The position numbers were made by a program, and so were the translations under genes. Positions 1-8,457 of a stretch of 64,000 nt of DNA are shown here, in pieces. The stretch spans positions 32,987 through 96,986 of the forward strand of contig JAGVVZ010000003.1 in the NCBI GenBank assembly GCA_018304545.1, given 5' to 3'. Every line of letters begins with the position of its first letter. The stretch's first letter is position 1. Source of the stretch: Candidatus Aenigmatarchaeota archaeon (lineage in GTDB: Archaea > Aenigmatarchaeota > Aenigmatarchaeia > CG10238-14). The notes beneath the pieces were generated by a model. That model made no database searches and was not told the DNA's origin. It saw nothing but the letters and a program-made list of their open reading frames with translations.

Positions 1-179
1 TATGTCTAATATCTCTACATGATGACCGTCTTTTCTAAGAATGGAAGCTGCTATAGCCAAGTCCAACGGAGGCCATACTCTATCATGTCTCCAGATTTGT
101 ATCTTTTTGTATTCATACTTAGGATTTATCAGTAGTATTTTACCCATAGCTCATTTTTCCAAAAACAAATTTTTATACT

Positions 180-698
180 TTATTCAAAAACAAGTTCAGC
201 GGAAGTATTGAATAGCGTGTTGGCAATACTAGCAAATGCCTCGGGAGACAGCGGCATAATAACTCTCTCATTTCCGGGTATTCTTATTCTATATTTTATT
301 CCTTCTTGTGTATACATAATATTGATACCAAGAACAGTAGAAGAAAACAAAATCTCTTTGATGAATTCATTAAACGTGAGAGAATCTGAGATGACTCTTA
401 TCTGTTTTCCTAAAATTTTTTCTATTTTCTTGATTATTATACCGTTCTTGCCTATCAGTCCTGGAACACTATTTTTGTCGCATACTATGAGCGCAAAGTT
501 TTTATCCAGATAAATTCTGCTTATCTTGCCGTCCTTCAAATGCTTCTCGCCCTTGATAGTTTTATTCAGGTTTCTATACAATCTGATTTCTTCGTCTCTT
601 ATACCATTGCTTTCCAATTTTTTGGAGCATCCGCTGCATAAAATTTCATTTTTTAAACAAACATTACAAATAGGAAACTCCATTGACATTATCTTCAT
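180..698 (-). CDS. KH-domain RNA-binding protein with N-terminal Cys4 zinc ribbon
   Basis: 172-aa ORF. N-terminal CNVC...CSGC four-Cys ribbon. Central GLIGKNGIIIKKIEKILG matches the KH-domain GXXG loop region. Confidence 0.45.
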   Translation of the reverse strand: MKIMSMEFPICNVCLKNEILCSGCSKKLESNGIRDEEIRLYRNLNKTIKGEKHLKDGKISRIYLDKNFALIVCDKNSVPGLIGKNGIIIKKIEKILGKQIRVISDSLTFNEFIKEILFSSTVLGINIMYTQEGIKYRIRIPGNERVIMPLSPEAFASIANTLFNTSAELVFE

Positions 699-736
699 TT
701 TTTAAAGTTAAAAGAATTTACATTTATTGTATAATC

Positions 737-1888
737 ATGTCTCTAGAAATTGCTATCACCGGAAAGCCGAGTTCGGGAAAATCCAGCTTCTTCAAAGCCG
801 CCACTATGATTGATGTCGAGATTTCTTCCAGACCGTTTACTACCATTAAACCAAATCAGGGAGTAGCCTATGTTGTAACAAACTGTATTGAAAAGGAATT
901 TAATGTTAAATGCAAACCAAACAAAGGAAGATGTGTTGACGGCAAAAGATATGTGCCGATAAAGCTTTGGGACATAGCTGGAATAGTACCAGAAGCACAC
1001 ACAGGAAAAGGACTGGGATTGAAATTTTTGGATGATGTGAGACAGGCATCTGCGTTGATTCAAGTTGTTGATATATCAGGGACAACTAATGAAGAGGGGA
1101 ATGTCACAACAAATTATGATCCTGTGAAAGAAGTGGAATTTGTAAGAGATGAAATAAACTCATGGTTTGAAGAAATCATAAGAAGAGGCATCGAGAAATA
1201 TGATAGAATTAAAAGAACTACAAAAATAGATATAACAGACGTGTTAACCGAACAATTGACAGGATTGCAGACATCAAAAGAACAAATAAAAAAAGTCTAT
1301 GATAGAACTGGCATTGATGATATAAAACAATTTGCCCGTGATTTAAGAGAATTAAGCAAACCGATCTTAGTTGCAGCGAATAAGATAGACTTGGAAAGGG
1401 GATTGGAAAACATTAGCAGAATTCAAAGTACAACAATACCAACATCAGCTGCAGCAGAGATAGCTCTAAAGACTGCCGAACAAAAAGACATTATTGAATA
1501 TCATGAAAATAAGATAATTATAAAAGATGAATCCAAGCTAGATAAAAAACAAATTGAGGGGTTGGGTTTAATCAAGAAGAATGTTTTAGAAAAATTCGGA
1601 TCTACAGGCATACAGAAATGTTTGAATACTACCGTTTTTGATGTATTGAACCAGATAGTTGTGTATCCTGTTGCAGATGCCAACAAGCTGACAGACAGCA
1701 AAAATAATGTCTTGCCAGATGCCTATCTTGTAAAGAATAGCACGAGACTGAAAGATTTTGCTTTTATGATACATACAGATATAGGGAACAAATTTATTGG
1801 CGGAATAGATGCTAAGACAAAGAAAAAACTTGGAGCAGATTATGAACTGAAAAACAATGATGTTGTGGAAATATTAACTTCCAAATAA
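737..1888 (+). CDS. Obg-family GTPase with C-terminal TGS-like domain (DRG/Rbg1-like)
   Basis: G1 motif GKPSSGKSS, G3 WDIAG and G4 NKID are present. The C-terminal about 80 aa (HTDIGNKFIGGIDA...VVEIL) is TGS-like. The ORF-track start at 683 is probably too far upstream; the ATG at 737 gives the N-terminus MSLEIAITG. Confidence 0.7.
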   Translation: MSLEIAITGKPSSGKSSFFKAATMIDVEISSRPFTTIKPNQGVAYVVTNCIEKEFNVKCKPNKGRCVDGKRYVPIKLWDIAGIVPEAHTGKGLGLKFLDDVRQASALIQVVDISGTTNEEGNVTTNYDPVKEVEFVRDEINSWFEEIIRRGIEKYDRIKRTTKIDITDVLTEQLTGLQTSKEQIKKVYDRTGIDDIKQFARDLRELSKPILVAANKIDLERGLENISRIQSTTIPTSAAAEIALKTAEQKDIIEYHENKIIIKDESKLDKKQIEGLGLIKKNVLEKFGSTGIQKCLNTTVFDVLNQIVVYPVADANKLTDSKNNVLPDAYLVKNSTRLKDFAFMIHTDIGNKFIGGIDAKTKKKLGADYELKNNDVVEILTSK

Positions 1889-1929
1889 AAATTAAAGGTT
1901 TTCTACCTCATATTAAAACAGGTGCTATA

Positions 1930-3069
1930 ATGAAAATAGGTTTATTATTAGATGATACGTTAGACTCGAATGATGGCGTCCAACAATATGTAAAGTCGCT
2001 GGCTAGATGGTTATTGAAAGAAGGACATGACGTAAAGTTTTTAGTCGGTCAAAGTTCGGATAAAAGTGAATTTGGAAATAGAGTGATTAGCCTAAGTACT
2101 AACATAATAGTCAGCGGCAACTCTAACATTTTATCGATGCCTATCTGGCCCAACATAGAAAAAATGAAGAAAAGTTTAGATGAAGAAAAGTTTGATGTTC
2201 TTCACGTTCAAGCGCCTTACTCTCCACTGATGTCGGAGATAATATTAAATTTAGCGAACACTCCAAAAGTTGCTACATTTCATATATTCTCTACTAATCC
2301 TGTCTACTGTTACGGTTCCAAAATTTTGGCTTTTTTTCAAAAAAAATCATTATCTTCCATTAGATTTATCTCAATTTCCGTTGCCTCCAAAAAATTTGCC
2401 AAAAATTTTTTTGGAGTGGATTCAATAGTCATACCCCCCGCTATCAATTTGAAAAAAAATGATGGAAAAATGATTAAAAAATATCTGGATGGAAAAATCA
2501 ATATTTTATTTTTTGGCAGATTAGTAAAGAGAAAGGGTGTGATATATCTTCTTCGTGCATACAAAAAACTCATCACCCGCATAGGTAAAAATTCTCTGCG
2601 TATAATCATTGCTGGAGAAGGTAAAGAGAAAACATGGTTAAAGATTTATGCCAAAATGTTTAACTTGCCTAATGTTGAGTTTACAGGTTACATAGAAGAG
2701 AATGACAAAGCAGCATACTACAACACCTCCGACATATGCGTGTTTACGGCAACACACGGAGAAAGCTTTGGCATTGTGCTTCTGGAGGCGATGGCTTGCG
2801 GCAAGCCTGTCGTTGCTTTTGCCAATGCAGGTTATAAGGAAGTGCTTGCCAATGCAGGTTATAAGGAAGTGCTTACCGGCGAAGGTGCGAGGTTTCTGGT
2901 AGAACCAAAAAATGTTGACGAGCTTGCGGAGAAGTTAGAAATATTAATAAAAGATAAGAAATTAAGAGATAGGATGGGGAAGTGGGGATTGGAAGAAGTG
3001 AAGAAATATGATTTATCTATTATGGGTAAACAAATACTAAATTTTTATAAAGAGGTTTTGAGGGATTAA
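1930..3069 (+). CDS. family-4 (GT-B) glycosyltransferase
   Basis: The N-terminal donor-less acceptor domain and the C-terminal motif GESFGIVLLEAMACGKPVV ... EP are typical of GT4. A GGTG motif lies 6 nt upstream of the ATG. Confidence 0.8.
   Translation: MKIGLLLDDTLDSNDGVQQYVKSLARWLLKEGHDVKFLVGQSSDKSEFGNRVISLSTNIIVSGNSNILSMPIWPNIEKMKKSLDEEKFDVLHVQAPYSPLMSEIILNLANTPKVATFHIFSTNPVYCYGSKILAFFQKKSLSSIRFISISVASKKFAKNFFGVDSIVIPPAINLKKNDGKMIKKYLDGKINILFFGRLVKRKGVIYLLRAYKKLITRIGKNSLRIIIAGEGKEKTWLKIYAKMFNLPNVEFTGYIEENDKAAYYNTSDICVFTATHGESFGIVLLEAMACGKPVVAFANAGYKEVLANAGYKEVLTGEGARFLVEPKNVDELAEKLEILIKDKKLRDRMGKWGLEEVKKYDLSIMGKQILNFYKEVLRD
2747..3013 (+). repeat. segmental duplicate shared with the downstream GT4 gene (partner 3891..4094)
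   Basis: 2747-2846 is identical over 100 bp to 3891-3990. 2911-3013 is about 93% identical to 3991-4094. This block is more GC-rich than the flanking sequence. Confidence 0.85.
2821..2874 (+). repeat. perfect 27-bp tandem duplication inside the GT4 gene (encodes ANAGYKEVL twice)
   Basis: gccaatgcaggttataaggaagtgctt occurs at 2821-2847 and again at 2848-2874. The duplication is in frame. Confidence 0.85.
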
Positions 3070-3073
3070 TCAA

Positions 3074-4153
3074 ATGAGAATAGCATTAGTGACCGCTCAT
3101 CCCATAACTTTACCAGGTGGCGTACAGGAACATGTCAGGGGTTTGTATAATTATTTGAAAAAAAACGGGCATTATGTAAAAATAATTTCACCTAATCCGG
3201 GCAAAGAAAGGAGTCACGAAGACATGATATATCTTGGCTATTCCATACCTGTTTCGTCTAATGATAGTAGCGCTAACATGAGTTACTGCTTTGATCAAAG
3301 AAATATCAAGAAATTATTAGAAAAAGAAAAATTCGAAATTATACATGTGCATAACCCTGCGTTGTTTGTCGGCTTGCAAATGTTGGACATGTCCACTTCA
3401 AAAAATATAATTACAATCCACACTCTCCCGGAAGGGAGCTATTTGTTCAAATCTTTCTCCAATTTCTTCGATATTCTATTCAAAGACAAAATACTAAAAA
3501 TGGATGGCGTCATTGCAGTATCAAAACCTATCTTAAATTATTTGCCTAAAAAATTAAATTGTCGAATTGAAGTTATACCAAATGGTATCAATACTGAAAG
3601 ATTTAATCCTAATGTTAAAAGAATAGAAAAATTCGATAATAAAAAAATAAACATACTCTTTTTAGGGAGATTAGATAAAAGAAAGGGGACAATATATTTA
3701 ATCAAAGCCTTTGAAAAAATAAGGAGGGGATATGACAATATCAGACTAATAATCGCTGGTGATGGTCAACAAATGAAAGAATGTAAATCTTATGTTAAAA
3801 AAAATAAAATTCATGATGTGAATTTTGAAGGTAATATTTCAAATGAGAATTTGCCTTCGTATTATTGCACTGCCGATATCTTCTGTTCACCGGCAACACA
3901 CGGAGAAAGCTTTGGCATTGTGCTTCTGGAGGCGATGGCTTGCGGCAAGCCTGTCGTTGCTTTTGCCAATGCAGGTTATAAGGAAGTGCAGAATGTTGAC
4001 GAGCTTGCGGAAAGACTAGAAATATTAATAAAAGATAAAAAATTAAGAGAGAGAATGGGGAAGTGGGGATTGGAAGAAGTGAAGAAATATGATTGGAATG
4101 TTGTTGGGAAAAAGATATTGGAGTTTTATGAAAAGGTTTTGAAGGGGGAATAA
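3074..4153 (+). CDS. family-4 glycosyltransferase, paralog of the upstream gene
   Basis: It has the same GESFGIVLLEAMACGKPVVAFANAGYKEV block as the upstream gene. It lacks the ~13 residues (LTGEGARFLVEPK) that follow the motif in the upstream paralog. Its start lies 5 nt after the upstream gene's stop. Confidence 0.8.
   Translation: MRIALVTAHPITLPGGVQEHVRGLYNYLKKNGHYVKIISPNPGKERSHEDMIYLGYSIPVSSNDSSANMSYCFDQRNIKKLLEKEKFEIIHVHNPALFVGLQMLDMSTSKNIITIHTLPEGSYLFKSFSNFFDILFKDKILKMDGVIAVSKPILNYLPKKLNCRIEVIPNGINTERFNPNVKRIEKFDNKKINILFLGRLDKRKGTIYLIKAFEKIRRGYDNIRLIIAGDGQQMKECKSYVKKNKIHDVNFEGNISNENLPSYYCTADIFCSPATHGESFGIVLLEAMACGKPVVAFANAGYKEVQNVDELAERLEILIKDKKLRERMGKWGLEEVKKYDWNVVGKKILEFYEKVLKGE
3891..4094 (+). 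repeat. segmental duplicate (partner 2747..3013)
   Basis: See partner feature. Shadow ORFs 2702..2902 and 3825..4019 share a peptide because of this duplication. Confidence 0.85.
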
Positions 4154-4507
4154 ATGAACGGATTTCTAATAAAACTTGCAAAAATAATATTTATCATACA
4201 CATCTCATGGGTACTGTTCATAATATACGGAATTTTTTTCAGACTTCCTTCTCTGCTATTAAATCCTCATCTTATTATGTCTGCGCTCGCGATGATAGCA
4301 CCCATTATAAACGAGTGTCCATTAACAACTCTAGAAAGGTTTATTAGAAAAAAGGCGGGACAAAAACTAGTGAGAGACAGAGGCTCGCTGTTCTTGGGAA
4401 TATTGGAAGACAAGACAAACATCAAACTGCCTCAGATTTCAATAAGAATTTTCGGCTTCTTTTTAGCATTATTCGGTATGTTTGTACACTACAAGAGATT
4501 TTTCTGA
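4154..4507 (+). CDS. small integral membrane protein, unknown function
   Basis: 117 aa with 3-4 hydrophobic helices. The ATG overlaps the GT4 stop (TAAATG). Confidence 0.4.
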   Translation: MNGFLIKLAKIIFIIHISWVLFIIYGIFFRLPSLLLNPHLIMSALAMIAPIINECPLTTLERFIRKKAGQKLVRDRGSLFLGILEDKTNIKLPQISIRIFGFFLALFGMFVHYKRFF

Positions 4508-4543
4508 GCAAATTTAAAAACATTGAAACCGAATTATCTTGAC

Positions 4544-4819
4544 ATGAATAAATTTAATGTGATTTATTTTTTCAGCAACAATTCTGGAGCCTGTAAAATA
4601 CAGAATGAATTGATGTCCAATTTAGAAAAAAATTTCAAAGAAGTAAATTTCAAAAGGATTGATGTGGATGCCGATAATGCCACAAAAATCAAGTATCAGA
4701 TCAGTGAAACACCTAGCATAGTTCTTGAAAATGACGGCAAGGTAAAAGAAAAATTCTCTGGATTGACACAGGAACTGTTTTTAAGAAGAGCAATCGAAAA
4801 AAATTTGAATGGAAAATAA
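4544..4819 (+). CDS. thioredoxin-fold protein (single-Cys SGAC variant)
   Basis: The beta-alpha-beta N-terminus VIYFFSNNSGAC, the cis-Pro-like TPSIVL stretch and the length fit a thioredoxin-like fold. The ORF track starts at a TTG at 4523; the ATG at 4544 is more likely. Confidence 0.4.
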   Translation: MNKFNVIYFFSNNSGACKIQNELMSNLEKNFKEVNFKRIDVDADNATKIKYQISETPSIVLENDGKVKEKFSGLTQELFLRRAIEKNLNGK

Positions 4820-4913
4820 TTACTGTCTTACATTCGATTCTCTAAAAGCTCATCTGTGAAATAAACAAAACATTAATACAAACCTAAATTTGTAAACATG
4901 TATTTCTTTAATA

Positions 4914-6455
4914 ATGGAAAAAATGCAATTCCTCAATTATGAAAAGTTTACTCCTAGATTATACCAAGAGCTCATAGCCGCTACAGCTGTAAAAAAGAAT
5001 ACGCTTTGCATACTTCCAACCGGATTGGGAAAAACTTTTATAGCCATTCTAGTATCTGCTTACAAATTGGAAGAATCAATTGACAGTAAGATCCTAATGA
5101 TCGCACCAACACGTCCACTGGTCAATCAGCATCTAGAAACGTTCAAAAAGAGCATGTATGTAGACGAGTCGAAGCTTATCGGACTGACAGGTAAAATTCA
5201 TAGAGATGACAGAAAGGTTCTTTATGAGAAAGGTCAAGTGTTTTTTACGACTCCGCAAATAGTTAGGAACGACGTGGATAACAAAATTCTAAATTTGGAA
5301 AAGTTTTCATTGCTCATCATAGATGAATGTCATAGATCTGTGAAGCAGTATGCATATACCGAAGTAACTGAGAGATATTTCAAATCTGCTTTGAAACCGT
5401 TGGTTTTGGGATTAACTGCATCACCTGGTGGAATCAAAGATAAAATAGATGAAGTGAAGAAGAATCTAAGGATAGAAGCGGTTGAAATCAGAACGGAAAA
5501 GGACGAGGATGTAAAACCGTATGTCAAAGAAACAGAAGTTCACCGTGTCTATGTAGAATTTCCTGAAGAATTTCAAAAAATCAGTAGACTACTTAAAGAC
5601 GTGTACGAAGAAAAAATATCCGCACTAATACGAGCCAGATTGCTTCAATCCTCGAGAGTATCAAAAAGAGAGATCCTTGACTTACAGATGGAACTCGGAA
5701 AAATGTATAGTGAGACAAAGGACTATGCTGTTGCACGCATGCTCGTAGTATGCGCCCAGACCATAAAAATAGAGCATGCTATCGGCCTACTAGAAACCCA
5801 AGGCATCGTACAATTAAACAAATACTTTCTGGAAATGGAGAAAAATAAAAGTTCTGCTAATAAGCATTTATTGAATGATGTCAAAGTACTGCAAGCAATA
5901 AAATTAACCAAAGAATTGTATCTGAACGGCACGGAACATCCGAAGCTGGGAAAATTATTGGAAATAATCAAAAAAGATGTCTCTGAGAAGAAGAATACTA
6001 AGATCATTGTTTTCGCAAACTATAGAGATACTGTAGAGAGGATTGTTAAGCTTCTGAATAAAAGTGGGATAGAAGCGAGGGAGTTTATAGGACAGGCCAA
6101 GAAAAGCGGTAAAGGATTATCACAGAAAGAGCAGATACAATTGTTGAATGAATTTGGTTATGAAATTTTTAACGTATTAGTCTGCACAAGCATCGGAGAA
6201 GAAGGACTATCTATCCCTGCTGTGGATATTGTAATGTTTTATGAGCCGGTGCCAAGCGAGATTAGGACAATTCAGAGAAGGGGGAGGACAGGAAGGACAG
6301 AAACAGGGAAGGTTATATTCCTCATAACTAAAGGCACGAGAGACGAAAGCTATTACTGGACAGCTTACCACAAAGAGAAAAGGATGAGAAGTATAATTGA
6401 CACGATGAAAGAGAACAACTCTGAGAAAAGAAAGGTTTCAGACTGGTTAGAGTAG
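4914..6455 (+). CDS. hef: Hef-type SF2 helicase (ERCC4-type helicase domain only, no nuclease domain)
   Basis: Motif I PTGLGKT, motif II DECH, motif III TASPG and motif VI QRRGRTGR are present. The 513-aa product ends where fused Hef proteins begin their nuclease domain. Confidence 0.8.
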   Translation: MEKMQFLNYEKFTPRLYQELIAATAVKKNTLCILPTGLGKTFIAILVSAYKLEESIDSKILMIAPTRPLVNQHLETFKKSMYVDESKLIGLTGKIHRDDRKVLYEKGQVFFTTPQIVRNDVDNKILNLEKFSLLIIDECHRSVKQYAYTEVTERYFKSALKPLVLGLTASPGGIKDKIDEVKKNLRIEAVEIRTEKDEDVKPYVKETEVHRVYVEFPEEFQKISRLLKDVYEEKISALIRARLLQSSRVSKREILDLQMELGKMYSETKDYAVARMLVVCAQTIKIEHAIGLLETQGIVQLNKYFLEMEKNKSSANKHLLNDVKVLQAIKLTKELYLNGTEHPKLGKLLEIIKKDVSEKKNTKIIVFANYRDTVERIVKLLNKSGIEAREFIGQAKKSGKGLSQKEQIQLLNEFGYEIFNVLVCTSIGEEGLSIPAVDIVMFYEPVPSEIRTIQRRGRTGRTETGKVIFLITKGTRDESYYWTAYHKEKRMRSIIDTMKENNSEKRKVSDWLE

Positions 6456-6525
6456 TACTATTGTTATCACTACTATATAGTGAATTATAGAAATATTCTT
6501 AAATGAAAAGTTGCTATATAGTGGT

Positions 6526-7215
6526 ATGTCTGTAATGGGTTACGTAAGACGAATACCGGCACATGTTGCAAATATTCCTAATTATATAGCTAGGATACCT
6601 GGTTATGCTCAAGCTGCAAATAGACATCCAAATTTAACCGCAGCTGCAGTAGGTCTAGCACCTGCAGCAGGATTAGGAGCAATAGGATTATATCATATAA
6701 ATAGTGCTGAAGGTTTAGCGGCTTTAGGCCTCATGCTTGTTTATACTGCTGCTGGATCAGCCATTTTAAATGTTGGAACTAGAATCGGAAGACGTGCTGT
6801 AATAGCAGCTACAGGTGGTGCTCAAAATGCAGATAGAGCTGTCAGATTTGCCGATGTTTATGCTGTAGCCAACTTAATTGGTGGCGCTCTTAATATCTGT
6901 CCTTATTTAGGTGCTGCTGTTAGTGATGGCGTGGGTGATGCGTTCAGATGGAGAACTGCTAGAGAAGCTGCTGATGCAATAAGACTTACCGGAAATTTAG
7001 TATGTCAGCCCGCAACTACAATTGCTTCTGCTGCCGGTGCATATGTATTATCAAGAGGTGCTAGATTAGCTGAAGCAGGTGCAAGAAGAGCATATAATGC
7101 TGCTAGTCCTGCAGTGCAAGACGCATTAGCAAATCCTGCGGTGCAAGCACAGATAGGAAGAACTGCATTTGATTTGGCGGTTGCATACGTCAAGAGAATG
7201 TTGGGTTTACCATAA
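6526..7215 (+). CDS. Ala/Gly-rich hypothetical protein with several hydrophobic glycine-zipper-like segments
   Basis: About 25% Ala and 12% Gly in an otherwise Lys/Ile/Asn-rich proteome. Segments such as LTAAAVGLAPAAGLGAIGLY and LAALGLMLVYTAAGSAIL are hydrophobic. Codon third positions are still A/T-rich. The ORF track uses a TTG at 6511. Confidence 0.4.
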   Translation: MSVMGYVRRIPAHVANIPNYIARIPGYAQAANRHPNLTAAAVGLAPAAGLGAIGLYHINSAEGLAALGLMLVYTAAGSAILNVGTRIGRRAVIAATGGAQNADRAVRFADVYAVANLIGGALNICPYLGAAVSDGVGDAFRWRTAREAADAIRLTGNLVCQPATTIASAAGAYVLSRGARLAEAGARRAYNAASPAVQDALANPAVQAQIGRTAFDLAVAYVKRMLGLP

Positions 7216-7320
7216 ATTACTCAAATAAAGCAATCTTCTCATTTTTTGATTCAATATTGATAAAATTATACCACTAAAGAGTAAGTAATATTAAGTATTT
7301 GTATAAACAAATTAATCGTT

Positions 7321-7758
7321 ATGGCACTGCAACCACAAGGAGAGGATTGGTTAGGAAGATTATTACCTAATCCTGGCACTCTAGTAACTATAGGCGGATC
7401 TTTATTAGCAGGTGCTACGGTTTACGTATTAGCAGAAATCGTAGAACAAATGATAGGTGCAAGAGGGGCAGTAAAATATGCACTTGACACAACACAGTAC
7501 ATTCTCGGGCCTGTTGCTACCATAATAGCAACCAATTTATTAATGAGGATGCCTGATGTGAGTCCATGGTCTGCAGTGGTGACATATCCGGTTGCTGTTG
7601 GAGTAGCGATAGTTGGTTTTTACGGAATAGGAGCAGAAGTAACTGAATTATACAGAGAAACCTTTAATGGTGACTTCATTGCCTTTTGTATTGGTTGTTG
7701 TCCGGCCGGATTAATAGCAGGTGCCGCTGCTGGTTTGAGTGCTTATAGAGGAAGATAA
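7321..7758 (+). CDS. small Ala/Gly-rich integral membrane protein (4 predicted TM helices)
   Basis: Four hydrophobic helices (LVTIGGSLLAGATVYVLAEIV, ILGPVATIIATNLLM, VVTYPVAVGVAIVGFYGIG, IAFCIGCCPAGLIAGAAAGL). A CIGCC motif is present. Confidence 0.4.
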   Translation: MALQPQGEDWLGRLLPNPGTLVTIGGSLLAGATVYVLAEIVEQMIGARGAVKYALDTTQYILGPVATIIATNLLMRMPDVSPWSAVVTYPVAVGVAIVGFYGIGAEVTELYRETFNGDFIAFCIGCCPAGLIAGAAAGLSAYRGR

Positions 7759-7788
7759 ATTTATTTTTAGAAATTCAATTTGTTAATA

Positions 7789-8457
7789 ATGCAAGGTATT
7801 CTCAAACCCGATGACAGGACTGCTGTAATAATAGACGATAGAGAAAGAGCTAGTCTCATATCAGAACGGCTAAAAAAATTAAATGTCATTCTCAACTGGC
7901 AGAGGCTGGAAGTAGGCGATTTCATACTCTCTGACAGATGCTGCATTGAAAGAAAGACGTTTGATGATTTCGCAAGTTCGATTGCCGATGGTAGATTATT
8001 TCAGCAATTAGAAGAATTGAAAAGAAATTTTGAAAGGCCTATGCTTATATTAGAGGGACGTGCGCTAAAAAGGAACGTGAGTGAAAATGCTGTAAAGGCC
8101 GCTATGGCCGCTACTATGCTACAGTACGATATACCCATTTTGATGACGAAAGATGTTGATGAAACTGCTAAAATTATTTATTGGCTTGCGAAGAAAGAAC
8201 AAACTGATAATAAAAGAGTTATTGGAATAAAAGGTAAAAAGAAACCGAAAGAAGCAAGTCTGTTGCAAGAACATTTTATTGCCAGCCTGCCTGGAATATC
8301 TACAGTGCTGTCGAAAAAAATATTGAACGAGTTTAAAACTGTTAAAAACTTTGTTAATTCTAAAGAAGAGGATATTGCTAAGATAAAAGGCTTTGGGAAA
8401 AAACAGGCAAAAAAATTGTGGAAAATAATAAACGGCAAATATGAGGTTGATAAATGA
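7789..8457 (+). CDS. XPF/Hef-type ERCC4 nuclease with C-terminal HhH2 domain
   Basis: ERK active-site signature VGDFILSDRCCIERKTFDDF. The C-terminus LPGIS...GFGKKQAKKL forms tandem helix-hairpin-helix repeats. The ORF track uses a TTG at 7780. Confidence 0.8.
   Translation: MQGILKPDDRTAVIIDDRERASLISERLKKLNVILNWQRLEVGDFILSDRCCIERKTFDDFASSIADGRLFQQLEELKRNFERPMLILEGRALKRNVSENAVKAAMAATMLQYDIPILMTKDVDETAKIIYWLAKKEQTDNKRVIGIKGKKKPKEASLLQEHFIASLPGISTVLSKKILNEFKTVKNFVNSKEEDIAKIKGFGKKQAKKLWKIINGKYEVDK

Noticed and set aside
2702-2902. 66-aa ORF sharing a peptide with 3825..4019
   Set aside because: Both are out-of-frame readings of the duplicated GT4 block, not independent genes.
4914-8457. Hef as a disrupted pseudogene
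   Set aside because: Both halves keep all catalytic motifs, uninterrupted frames and their own start contexts. Functional fission is more likely than decay.
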